This document shows positions 52,544-62,982 of a stretch of 64,000 nucleotides of DNA, in pieces; within the stretch, counting starts at the first letter, position 1; the number at the start of each line of letters is the position of its first letter. Made by a program: the position numbers and the translations under genes. This stretch comes from Vicinamibacterales bacterium (GTDB lineage: Bacteria > Acidobacteriota > Vicinamibacteria > Vicinamibacterales > UBA2999): the NCBI GenBank assembly GCA_050250955.1, contig JBFWNR010000003.1, positions 430,250 to 494,249 on the forward strand, read 5' to 3'. The notes under the pieces are model-generated. The model was given only the letters and a program-made list of their open reading frames with translations. It had not been told where the DNA came from and did not search any database.

Positions 52544-54555
52544 CGATCCGGCTGGGCCTCGTCATCGCGGTGGCGGCGACCGCGCTGTCGGCGCAGTCGC
52601 CTCCGGCCGGCGAGTGGCCGACTTACGGCGGCGACCTCGCCAGCACGAAATACTCGGCCCTCGACCAGATCACCGCGGCGAACTTCTCGTCCCTGCGGGT
52701 CAGATGGCGGACGCCGTCTCCGGACGGCCGCCTCAGCGTCACCATGCCTGGCGGCGGCGAGTGGAGCGGTCCGCCGCCGGCGGTCTTCGCCGAACTGAAC
52801 CGCCAGGACGCGAAACGGTGGCGGGACGGCGATCCGCCGATCCTCGCCAATCTCAAGGCGACGCCGCTCATGGTCGGTGGGCGCCTCTTCTTCAACACGC
52901 CGACCTCGCAGGCGGCGGCCGTCGACGCCGCCACCGGCCGCCTCGTGTGGGTCTACAACCCCAAGAGCTACGAAGCCGGCACGACGACGATGAGCCTGCG
53001 CTGGAACCAGCGTGGCGTCGCCTACTGGCGCGACGGCGACGACGAACGTGTGCTGTGGGGCACGGGTGATGGCCACCTCGTCGCCGTCGATGCCCGCACC
53101 GGCCGCCCGGTAGCCGGCTTCGGCGACGGCGGCAAGGTCGACCTGATGAGCGGCCTGCCGCGCGCCGTCCGCGGCGCGCGCGACTACCTGAACGCCCTGA
53201 CCTACTCGGTGCAGTCACCGCCGATCGTCGTCGGCGACGTCGTCGTCACGCCGGCGTCGATCTCCTCGCTCGTCATCAGGAAGGAGCAGATTCCCGGCTG
53301 GATTCGCGGTCACGACGTCCGGACCGGACGGCTGCTGTGGACGTTCCGCACCGTGCCGGGCCCGGGCGAGGACGGCCACGACTCGTGGAAGGGCGACTCG
53401 TGGCGCGACGCCGGCAAGGTCACGGTCTGGACGGCGATGAGCGCCGATCCCGAACTCGGCTACCTCTACGTGCCGACCAACACCGTGGCGCCCGACTTCT
53501 ACGGCGGCCATCGCCCGGGCGACAACCTGTTCGCCGAAAGCCTGATCTGTCTCGAGGTGCGGACGGGACGCCGGGTGTGGAGCTTCCAGACGGTGCATCA
53601 CGGCCTGTGGGACTACGACAACCCCGCCGCGCCGAACCTGCTCGATGTGACGGTCGGCGGCCGACGCGTCAAGGCCGTGGCCCAGATCTCGAAGCAGGGA
53701 TTCGTCTACGCGTTCGATCGCGTCACCGGCGCGCCACTGTGGCCGATCGAAGAGCGTCCCGTCCCTGCCTCGGACGTGCCCGGCGAACAGGCCTCGCCCA
53801 CCCAGCCGTTCCCGACCCGCCCGGCCCCGTTCGAGTACCAGGGCCTCACCGAGCCCGACCTGGTCGACTTCACCCCCGAACTGCGCGCCGCGGCCGTCGC
53901 GGCCATCACGGCGTATCGGAGCGGGCCGCTCTTCACCCCTCCGTCGCTGCAGGGGACGCTGCAGCGCCCCGGCACGACGGGCGGCGCCAACTGGGGCGGC
54001 GCCGCGCTCGACCCCGACACCGGGATCCTCTACGTCCCCTCTCGCAACGCATTCAGCGTGACGCGGCTGGCGCGCCCCGACGCCGGTCTGGACAGCAACC
54101 TCCAGTTCGTCCAGGTGCCAGGCGTCAGTCCACGCCTGCCTGGCGGCGTGCCGTTGCTGAAGCCGCCCTACTCGCGGATCACGGCCATCGACATGAACCG
54201 CGGGGAGCACGTCTGGATGGTGCCGACCGGGCGCGGTGACCGCATTCGTTCCCTCGAGGCGCTGCGCGGTCTCGATCTGCCTCCGCTTGGAGGCGACGTG
54301 ACGTTCAGCGGTCCGCTGCTCACCAGGACCTTGTTGATCTACGCCCTGACCGCCGGGGGCAGCCGCGGCGGCCCACGCCTGGTGGCGTACGACAAGGCCA
54401 CGGGCAAGGAGCTCGGCTCGGCCGACCTGCCGGCGCCGGCGCTCGGCACGCCGATGACCTACCTGGTCGACGGCCGCCAGCACATCGCACTGACCGTGCA
54501 GGGTGCAGGCACCGGCGCATTGCCGGAACTGGTCGCGCTGGCGCTGCCGGACTAG
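52540..54555 (+). CDS. Exported PQQ-dependent dehydrogenase (glucose/quinate family, beta-propeller)
   Basis: Signal peptide; WPTYGGD...YSALDQI, RGVAYW, FQTVHHGLWDYD, GGANWGG, TPMTY. Confidence 0.9.
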   Translation: MTIRLGLVIAVAATALSAQSPPAGEWPTYGGDLASTKYSALDQITAANFSSLRVRWRTPSPDGRLSVTMPGGGEWSGPPPAVFAELNRQDAKRWRDGDPPILANLKATPLMVGGRLFFNTPTSQAAAVDAATGRLVWVYNPKSYEAGTTTMSLRWNQRGVAYWRDGDDERVLWGTGDGHLVAVDARTGRPVAGFGDGGKVDLMSGLPRAVRGARDYLNALTYSVQSPPIVVGDVVVTPASISSLVIRKEQIPGWIRGHDVRTGRLLWTFRTVPGPGEDGHDSWKGDSWRDAGKVTVWTAMSADPELGYLYVPTNTVAPDFYGGHRPGDNLFAESLICLEVRTGRRVWSFQTVHHGLWDYDNPAAPNLLDVTVGGRRVKAVAQISKQGFVYAFDRVTGAPLWPIEERPVPASDVPGEQASPTQPFPTRPAPFEYQGLTEPDLVDFTPELRAAAVAAITAYRSGPLFTPPSLQGTLQRPGTTGGANWGGAALDPDTGILYVPSRNAFSVTRLARPDAGLDSNLQFVQVPGVSPRLPGGVPLLKPPYSRITAIDMNRGEHVWMVPTGRGDRIRSLEALRGLDLPPLGGDVTFSGPLLTRTLLIYALTAGGSRGGPRLVAYDKATGKELGSADLPAPALGTPMTYLVDGRQHIALTVQGAGTGALPELVALALPD

Positions 54556-54601
54556 CGGCTGGGGGCTCGCGGCGCGCCGCCCACACCTGTAAGATCTCGT
54601 C

Positions 54602-55642
54602 ATGGCGACAGCAAAGAAGCGGCTCACCGAACTGGTGAGCTGCGCTGGTTGAGCGAGCAAACTCGCCGCCGGCGAGCTCGCTCACGTGTTGAGCGACATA
54701 CCCGTCGAGACCGACCCGCGCGTCCTGGTGGACTTCAGGACGGCTGACGATGCCGGTGTGTACGCGTGGGAGGCCGGTCCGGCCCTCGTGCAAACGGTCG
54801 ACTTCTTCACGCCGATCGTCGACGACCCGTATGTGTACGGCGAAATCGCGGCTGCCAACGCGGTGAGTGACGTGTACGCGATGGGCGGGCGGCCGCTCAC
54901 CGCATTGGCGATCGCCGGCTTTCCAGAAGACCTCGTCGACGCCGAGACGATCGCCCAGGTCTTTCGCGGCGGCCACGATGCCCTGCGGCGGGCCGGGGTG
55001 GTTCTGCTCGGCGGCCACACGGTGCGCGACCGGGAGATCAAATTCGGCTACGCCGTGACCGGGGCGGTCGACCGCGCGCGGATCTGGACCAACGCCGGCG
55101 CGCAACCGGGGGACGTGCTGCTGCTGACCAAGCCGCTCGGCACCGGTATCGTCGGGACGGCCATCAAGTTCGCCCGCGTTCCGGAGGACGTGGCCGCAGC
55201 CGCGGTGGCGCAGATGCGCACGCTGAACGCCCCCGCCGCCGCCGCCCTCGCCGCGGTCGAGGTCCACGCCTGCACCGACGTCACCGGCTTCGGCCTCGTC
55301 GGGCACGCCAGCGAGATCGCCGCTGCCAGCGGCGTCTCGCTCGAGATCGAGACCGGCGCCGTGCCGCTCATCGCCGGCGTCCGGTCACTGGTCGCGAAGA
55401 ACCGGCCGGGAGGCCTGGCCAGCAATCGGGCCCATTTCGGCCCGGGGGTCGATCTGCCGCCCGACCTGCCCCCGGACCTGGCCGATCTCCTGTTCGATCC
55501 CCAGACGTCCGGCGGCCTTCTGGCGGCGGTGTCGCCGGCGGCGGCCGCGGAGGTGGTCGCCCTCCTCAACCGTTCGGGAGTCTCCGTTGCCGCCATCGGA
55601 CGAGTCATCCCAAGAGGCCCCACAGCGATTACAATTAGGTGA
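54602..55642 (+). CDS. selD: Selenophosphate synthetase (selenide, water dikinase), selenoprotein with Sec at codon 17
   Basis: MATAKKRLTELVSCAG-TGA(54650-54652)-ASKL continues in frame into ORF 54686..55642 (DDAGVY, TVDFFTPIVDDP, GGHT, TDVTGFGL, DPQTSGGLL). Confidence 0.94.
54650..54684 (+). promoter_or_regulatory. Bacterial SECIS-like hairpin
   Basis: TGAGCGAG pairs with CTCGCTCA; inner CTCGCC-GCC-GGCGAG stem with a small G-starting loop 15 nt after the UGA. Confidence 0.75.
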
Positions 55643-55728
55643 CATAGCCAAAATCAATGAGCCCGACGGGTCGAGAATCAGCCGACGCCCTGGCGGCGCG
55701 ACCGGCACCGCCCCTGAGACGCGTCGCC

Positions 55729-55758
55729 TTGTCCCGTGCCGTCACGGGATGGTATAAA
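55729..55758 (+). promoter_or_regulatory. sigma70-type promoter of the atp operon with an inverted repeat in the spacer
   Basis: TTGTCC-N18-TATAAA with extended TG; TCCCGTG-CCGT-CACGGGA at 55732-55749. Confidence 0.5.
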
Positions 55759-55805
55759 AGAGCGTTTTGGCCCGCCGTCGGCGGCGCCAGTGGAGGCCCC
55801 ATCCT

Positions 55806-56228
55806 GTGATTCCGGACCTGTCGGTCCTTTGGGTGATTGCGCTGTTCCTGATCTGCGTGTTCGTGTTGAACACGTTGATCTTCCAGCCGATTCTCGCCAT
55901 CTCGGAGTCACGCGCCAAGGCCGTTCGCGACGCCCGGGAGCTCGCCGAGTCGGCGGCGCAGAAGGCAGCCGACGCCTCCTCCACCTTCGACCGCACGCTC
56001 AACTCGGCCAGAGCCGATGTCTACGCCCAGATCGATGAGGCGCGCCGCGGCGCCATGGCCAAGCGCGCCGCGATCATGGCCGACACCAAGCAGGAAACCG
56101 AACAGGCCCTGCACACCGCGACCACCCGGCTGGCCGAACAGGCCGCCGCCGCCCGGGCCTCTCTCGAACGCGATGCCGAAGCGCTCGCTGGCGACATCGT
56201 CGGCCGGGTGCTTGGCCGCCCCGCGTAA
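55806..56228 (+). CDS. F0F1 ATP synthase subunit b'
   Basis: GTG after GGAGG; TM helix, LIFQPIL, Ala-rich coiled coil, ends VLGR. Confidence 0.88.
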   Translation: MIPDLSVLWVIALFLICVFVLNTLIFQPILAISESRAKAVRDARELAESAAQKAADASSTFDRTLNSARADVYAQIDEARRGAMAKRAAIMADTKQETEQALHTATTRLAEQAAAARASLERDAEALAGDIVGRVLGRPA

Positions 56229-56242
56229 CCGTTGGACGTCGC

Positions 56243-56920
56243 ATGCCTGCCGACACCTTCCGCCTCCCGGCTTGTGAATTAAGGCGCAAGCTCACGCGTG
56301 CCCTGGCGATCGCCGCTGTCGCGGTCGCGCTGGCGACAGCCGCCTTCGCCCAGGCGCCGGATGCGCACGCTCCAGCGACGACCGACGCTCACGCGACGCC
56401 GGCCGACCAGCATGGCGCCGCCGCTGAACACGGCGGCGAGCACGGGGGCCTCGCCGGTCTGCTGTGGCCGGTCGCCAACTTTCTGATCCTGTGCGGCGGC
56501 CTCTACTACTTCCTGCGCTCGCCCTTCGCCGAGTATCTCGCCGGCCGCTCCGCCCAGATCCGCAAGGACCTGATCGACGCGGCGGCACTCACCCGCGCCG
56601 CCACCGAACAGCTCGCCGAGGTCGATCGCAAGGTGAAGGCACTGCCGGAGGAAATCGCCGCGCTGCGCAGTCGCGGCACCCAGGAGATCGCCGCCGAAGA
56701 AGCGCGCATCGCCGCGGCCGCGACCGCCGAGCGCGAGCGGCTGCTCACCCAGACCCGCCGCGAAATCGACGTCCGGCTGAAGGCGGCCCAGCGCGAGCTG
56801 AGCGAACACGCCGCGACGCTGGCGCTCGACCTGGCCCGGCAGCGGCTGGCCACCGACATCACGCCGGCCGACCACGCCCGGCTCGTCGATCGGTACGTCC
56901 AGCAGGTGAAGGCGCACTGA
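56243..56920 (+). CDS. atpF: F0F1 ATP synthase subunit b with signal-like, His-rich N-terminus (start uncertain)
   Basis: WPVANFLIL...YFLRSP, coiled coil, DHARLVDRY. Confidence 0.88.
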   Translation: MPADTFRLPACELRRKLTRALAIAAVAVALATAAFAQAPDAHAPATTDAHATPADQHGAAAEHGGEHGGLAGLLWPVANFLILCGGLYYFLRSPFAEYLAGRSAQIRKDLIDAAALTRAATEQLAEVDRKVKALPEEIAALRSRGTQEIAAEEARIAAAATAERERLLTQTRREIDVRLKAAQRELSEHAATLALDLARQRLATDITPADHARLVDRYVQQVKAH

Positions 56921-56922
56921 CG

Positions 56923-57468
56923 ATGTCGAGCCGTCCCGCCGCCACCCGCTACGCCAAGGCCCTGCTCGATGTCGCGGCCAGCGACGCCGACGCGGCCGCC
57001 ATCGAACGCGATCTCGCCGTCGTCGTCGCCACCATCGACGGCCACCGCGAGCTGCACCAGGTCCTCACTTCGCCGTCGCTGCCAGCCGCCGGCAAGCGCA
57101 AGGTCGTCGCCGCCCTCGCCGATCGGCTGGCCGTGACCCCGACCAGCCGCCGCACCCTCGACCTGCTCGCCGAACGCGACCGGCTCGGTGACCTCGCCGA
57201 CATCCTGGCGGTGTACCGCGAACGTCTGCTCGCCCGCCGCAAGGTGCAACGCGCCGAGGTCCGCTCGGCGGTGGCGCTGTCGGCCGAGGCGCAGGCGGCC
57301 ATTCAGGCGCGGCTGAGCGCCGCCACCGGCACCACCATCGAGCTCGACACGGTCGTCGACCCGGCGCTTCTCGGCGGCGTGATGGCGACGGTGGGCAGCA
57401 CGGTCTACGACGGCACGGTCAAGACGCAGCTCGACAAGCTGCGCAGACAACTGGTTGGACAGGCATAG
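56923..57468 (+). CDS. atpH: ATP synthase F1 delta
   Basis: ATRYAKAL, VDPALLGG, GSTVYDGTV. Confidence 0.95.
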   Translation: MSSRPAATRYAKALLDVAASDADAAAIERDLAVVVATIDGHRELHQVLTSPSLPAAGKRKVVAALADRLAVTPTSRRTLDLLAERDRLGDLADILAVYRERLLARRKVQRAEVRSAVALSAEAQAAIQARLSAATGTTIELDTVVDPALLGGVMATVGSTVYDGTVKTQLDKLRRQLVGQA

Positions 57469-57477
57469 AGGTTCTTT

Positions 57478-57505
57478 CTCGCCGCTAGCCGCGAGCCGCT
57501 AGCCG
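57478..57505. repeat. 7-bp tandem repeat CTAGCCG in the atpH-atpA spacer
   Basis: CTCGCCG CTAGCCG CGAGCCG CTAGCCG. Confidence 0.75.
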
Positions 57506-57523
57506 CTGACGGGCGCACCCACA

Positions 57524-59050
57524 ATGGACATCAGAGCCGACGAAATCTCCAAGATCATCCGCGACCAGATCGGCGGTTTCGCCGTCGACGTCGACGTCGC
57601 GGAGGTGGGCACGGTCATCTCGCTCGGCGACGGCATCGCCCGCGTGCACGGCTGCGAACGGGCGATGGCCGGCGAGATGCTCGAATTCCCGCACGGCGTG
57701 TTCGGCATCGCCCTGAACCTCGAAGAGGACAGCGTCGGCGCCGTGCTGCTCGGCGAGTACCGCGCCATCAAGGAAGGCGATCCGGTCAAGCGCACCGGCC
57801 GCATCATCTCGGTGCCGGTCGGGGAGGAGATGCTCGGCCGCGTCGTCAACGCGCTCGGCCAGCCGATCGACGGCAAGGGGCCGATCACGACGACGCAGTT
57901 CGCGCCGATCGAGAAGCTGGCGCCCGGCGTCGTCGACCGTCAGCCGGTCCGCGAGCCGATGCAGACCGGGCTGAAGGCCATCGACGGCATGGTCCCGATC
58001 GGCCGCGGCCAGCGCGAGCTCATCATCGGCGACCGCCAGACCGGCAAGACCGCCGTGGCGCTCGACACCATCCTCAACCAGAAGGACACCGGGGTCATCT
58101 GCATCTACAACGCGATCGGTCAGAAGCAGTCGACCATCGCCCAGGTGGTGCGCACCCTCGAAGAGGCCGACGCGCTCCGCTACTGCATCATCGTCGCGGC
58201 GGCCGCCGCCGATCCGGCGCCGATGCTCTACATCAGCCCCTACTCGGCCACCGCGATGGGCGAGTACTTCCGCGACAGCGGCCGCCACGCTCTGCTCATC
58301 TACGACGACCTGTCGAAGCACGCGCAGTCCTACCGCGAGATCTCGCTGCTGCTGCGTCGCCCGCCCGGCCGCGAAGCCTACCCCGGCGACGTCTTCTACC
58401 TGCACTCGCGGCTGCTCGAACGCGCCGCCAAGCTGAACGACGCCAACGGCGGCGGCTCGTTGACCTCGCTGCCGATCATCGAGACTCAGGCCGGGGACCT
58501 CTCGGCCTACATCCCGACCAACGTCATCTCGATCACCGACGGCCAGATCTTCCTCGAGTCGGACCTGTTCAACCAGGGCGTCCGCCCGGCGATCAACGTC
58601 GGCAACTCGGTGTCGCGCGTCGGCGGCTCGGCGCAGATCAAGGCGATGCGCCAGGTGGCCGGCACCCTGCGCCTCGACCTGGCGCAGTTCCGCGAGCTGT
58701 CGGCGTTCGCCCAGTTCGGCAGCAGCGACCTCGACGCGGCGACGCAGAAGCAGCTGAACCGCGGCGCCAGGCTGGTGGAGCTGCTCAAGCAGCCGCAGTA
58801 CCAGCCGCTCGCCGTCGAACAGCAGGTGGTGGCGCTCTACGCCGGCACCAACGGCTTCTTCGACGACATCCCGGTGGCCGACATCCGCCGCGCCGAGGAC
58901 GAGCTGCACCGCTTCATGGGCGGCCGCTTCGGCACACTGCTCGCCGCCATCAAGACCAAGAAGACGATCGACGACGAGATCAAGGGCCAGCTCACCGCCG
59001 CGCTGAAGGAATTCGTCCAGACCTTCGCGTCCACAGGAGCGAGAGCATAG
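57524..59050 (+). CDS. atpA: ATP synthase F1 alpha
   Basis: [32 protein letters not shown]. Confidence 0.98.
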   Translation: MDIRADEISKIIRDQIGGFAVDVDVAEVGTVISLGDGIARVHGCERAMAGEMLEFPHGVFGIALNLEEDSVGAVLLGEYRAIKEGDPVKRTGRIISVPVGEEMLGRVVNALGQPIDGKGPITTTQFAPIEKLAPGVVDRQPVREPMQTGLKAIDGMVPIGRGQRELIIGDRQTGKTAVALDTILNQKDTGVICIYNAIGQKQSTIAQVVRTLEEADALRYCIIVAAAAADPAPMLYISPYSATAMGEYFRDSGRHALLIYDDLSKHAQSYREISLLLRRPPGREAYPGDVFYLHSRLLERAAKLNDANGGGSLTSLPIIETQAGDLSAYIPTNVISITDGQIFLESDLFNQGVRPAINVGNSVSRVGGSAQIKAMRQVAGTLRLDLAQFRELSAFAQFGSSDLDAATQKQLNRGARLVELLKQPQYQPLAVEQQVVALYAGTNGFFDDIPVADIRRAEDELHRFMGGRFGTLLAAIKTKKTIDDEIKGQLTAALKEFVQTFASTGARA

Positions 59051-59083
59051 AGGACTTTCGAAGGCAGCGTGACTGCGGGCTTC

Positions 59084-59111
59084 CCAGCCGCTAGCCGCTA
59101 GCCCCTAGCCG
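59084..59111. repeat. 7-bp tandem repeat CTAGCCG in the atpA-atpG spacer
   Basis: CCAGCCG CTAGCCG CTAGCCC CTAGCCG. Confidence 0.8.
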
Positions 59112-59119
59112 CCGACAAG

Positions 59120-59983
59120 ATGCCATCCCTGATCGACATCCGCCGCCGCGTCCGCGCCACCAAGTCGACGCAGCAGATCACGAAGGCCATGAAGATGGTC
59201 TCGTCGTCGAAGCTGCGCCGCGCCCAGGAACGGATCGTCCGCAGCCGGCCCTACGCCCAGGAGATGCTGCGGGTCTTCAACAGCCTGGCCGGCCGGGTCG
59301 ACCCGGCGGCGCACCCGCTGCTCACCGACGACCCGCTGGCCGGGCGCACCCTGCTGGTCGTGATCAGCGCCGACCGCGGCCTGTGCGGCAGCTTCAACAC
59401 CAACGTCATCAAGACCACGGCGCAGTACGTGGTCGATCATCCGGGTGAACCGGGTCGCGAGGTGGCCCTGGCGCTGGTCGGCCGCAAGGGCCGCGATTTC
59501 TTCCATCGTCGTGGCTTCGACGTCAAGTACGAGGAAGTCGGCCTGTTCCAGAACGTCAAGTGGGCACACGCGCAGGCCATCGCCAACACCTGCATCAAGG
59601 AATTCCTCGGCCCCGACGTCAGCTCGGTGTACCTCGTCTACAACGAGTTCCGATCGGTGATGTCCCAGCGCGTCGTCCTGGAGCGGCTGCTGCCGATCCC
59701 GCGGCTCGAGGCCGCGGCCGGGTCGCAGGTGGACTACCTGTTCGAACCGTCGCCGGCGGAGCTGCTCGACACGCTGCTGCCGTTCCACGTCGCCGTGCAG
59801 GTCAACCGGGCCCTGCTGGAGTCGTCGGCGGCGGAGCACGCGGCGCGGATGACGGCGATGGACGCCGCGACGCGCAACGCCAAGGAGATGGTGGATCGCC
59901 TGACCCTCTACATGAACAAAGTGCGCCAGGCGGCCATCACCCGCGAAATCATCGAGATCGTCGCCGGAGCCCAGGCAACGTAA
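59120..59983 (+). CDS. atpG: ATP synthase F1 gamma
   Basis: QITKAMKMV, DRGLCG, RQAAITREIIEI. Confidence 0.98.
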   Translation: MPSLIDIRRRVRATKSTQQITKAMKMVSSSKLRRAQERIVRSRPYAQEMLRVFNSLAGRVDPAAHPLLTDDPLAGRTLLVVISADRGLCGSFNTNVIKTTAQYVVDHPGEPGREVALALVGRKGRDFFHRRGFDVKYEEVGLFQNVKWAHAQAIANTCIKEFLGPDVSSVYLVYNEFRSVMSQRVVLERLLPIPRLEAAAGSQVDYLFEPSPAELLDTLLPFHVAVQVNRALLESSAAEHAARMTAMDAATRNAKEMVDRLTLYMNKVRQAAITREIIEIVAGAQAT

Positions 59984-59994
59984 GCGACGCCCGA

Positions 59995-61500
<1,506 letters not shown>

Positions 61501-61510
61501 GACGGCGATC

Positions 61511-61924
61511 ATGGCGCTGCCGACCAAGCTCTCGCTGAGCGTCGTCACTCCCGACCGGGCCCACACCTACGAGGTGGACGAGGTGTCGCTGCCGGGTTCC
61601 GAGGGCGACCTCGGGGTCCTGCCGGGACACACGCCGCTGTTCACCGCGCTGCGCACCGGTCAGATGTGGTACCGGATCGGGGCCGCGCGGCACCATCTGG
61701 CGGTGTCGGTCGGGTTCGTCGAGATCCTTCCCGACCGCGTCACCGTGCTCGCCCAGGTCGCCGAGCGGGCCGAGGATCTGGATACCGCCAGGGCCGAAGC
61801 CGGCATGACCCGCGCCGAGGAGATGCTGGGGCCGATGCCGCACGAGATCGATTTCGAGCGCGCCCGCGTCGCCCTGCTGAAGACCCTGCAGCAGCTCCAG
61901 GCGGAATCGCGGCGCGGCGTCTGA
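61511..61924 (+). CDS. atpC: ATP synthase F1 epsilon
   Basis: VVTPDR, GDLGVLPGHTP, GFVEI. Confidence 0.95.
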   Translation: MALPTKLSLSVVTPDRAHTYEVDEVSLPGSEGDLGVLPGHTPLFTALRTGQMWYRIGAARHHLAVSVGFVEILPDRVTVLAQVAERAEDLDTARAEAGMTRAEEMLGPMPHEIDFERARVALLKTLQQLQAESRRGV

Positions 61925-61958
61925 CCGGGCCGTGGCAGACTAGGGCCGCCGCGACCTG

Positions 61959-62753
61959 ATGTTCCATCACCTGCGCGCCCTGGTGAAGTACCGGGGCCTC
62001 ATCCAGACGCTCGTCGCCCGCGATCTCAAGGCGCGCTACCGCGGGTCGGTGCTGGGGTTCTTCTGGTCGTTCTTCAACCCGCTGCTGCTGATGGCGGTGT
62101 ACACCTTCGTGTTCACCACGATCATGCCCGGCGCCCACCCGGCCGACATCCAGCCCTACGGCCTGTTCTTCTTCTGCGGCATCCTGCCGTGGACGTGGTT
62201 CAGCTCCTCGCTGAGCGAGTCGGCCAACGTCCTCATCTCGGGCGGCAACCTCATCAAGAAGGTGCTGTTCCCGGCCGAGGTGCTGCCGATCGTGTCGGTG
62301 CTGGCCAATCTCGTGCACTTCGTGCTCGGGCTGCCGATCCTGGCGGCGTTCCTCATCTACTACCAGCGGCCGCTGGACCCGGTGGAGCTGCTGTGGTTCC
62401 CGGTGATCGTCGCCGTCCAGCTGCTGTTCACCACCGGCCTGGCGCTGCTGCTGGCGGCGCTGACGGTCCATTTCCGCGACATCAAGGACATCCTCGCCAA
62501 CCTGCTTACGCTCTGGTTCTTCTCGACCCCGATCATCTACTCGATGCAGATGGCGCCGGAAGGCTACCGCCGGGTGCTCAACCTCAATCCGATGACCCAC
62601 CTGGCGATCTCCTACCAGGAGGTGTTGTTCCACGTCGGTCCGCACGGGCACTGGAAGTGGCTGATGGCGCTGGGTGTGGGGTCGATCGGGGTGTTCCTCG
62701 CCGGCTACTTCGTGTTCGACCGGCTGCGCGATTCGTTCGCCGAAGAGGTGTAA
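61959..62753 (+). CDS. wzm: Polysaccharide ABC exporter permease (Wzm/TagG family)
   Basis: RDLKARYRGSVLGFFW, LIKKVLFP, FRDI, TPIIY, LNPM. Confidence 0.9.
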   Translation: MFHHLRALVKYRGLIQTLVARDLKARYRGSVLGFFWSFFNPLLLMAVYTFVFTTIMPGAHPADIQPYGLFFFCGILPWTWFSSSLSESANVLISGGNLIKKVLFPAEVLPIVSVLANLVHFVLGLPILAAFLIYYQRPLDPVELLWFPVIVAVQLLFTTGLALLLAALTVHFRDIKDILANLLTLWFFSTPIIYSMQMAPEGYRRVLNLNPMTHLAISYQEVLFHVGPHGHWKWLMALGVGSIGVFLAGYFVFDRLRDSFAEEV

Positions 62754-62772
62754 CGGTGAACCAACACTCCGC

Positions 62773-62900
62773 GGAGCAGGTCCTGTCGCCGGGCCGGGGC
62801 CCCCGGCGCGGCAGCCGCGCTGGGGTGGCGATCACCCCCGTCCGTGCTCGCCAAAGGGCTGCGCGCGGCCGGGGCGCCCCCGCCCGGCGCCACCCGCTCC
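62773..62900. repeat. GC-rich nested inverted-repeat element (REP- or MITE-like) in the wzm-wzt spacer
   Basis: Hairpin CCCCGGCGCGG-CAG-CCGCGCTGGGG (62801-62825) enclosed by CGCCGGGC (62787) / GCCCGGCG (62882) and GGAGC / GCTCC. Confidence 0.5.
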
Positions 62901-62948
62901 CTGCACACCGGGAGATGGCCACCGCAGCCTCTCCGTCAGGACTCGCGC

Positions 62949-62976
62949 CTAGCCGCCAGCCGCTAGCCGCTAGCCG
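62949..62976. repeat. 7-bp tandem repeat CTAGCCG immediately before the wzt start
   Basis: CTAGCCG CCAGCCG CTAGCCG CTAGCCG. Confidence 0.8.
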
Positions 62977-62982
62977 CTGGTC

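Noticed and set aside
54602-54685. selD as a nonsense pseudogene
   Set aside because: The TGA falls exactly at the catalytic Cys/Sec position with a SECIS-like hairpin, and the rest of the gene is intact.
62626-62641. Possible third parS in wzm (TGTTCCACGTCGGTCC)
   Set aside because: Only one half-site matches.
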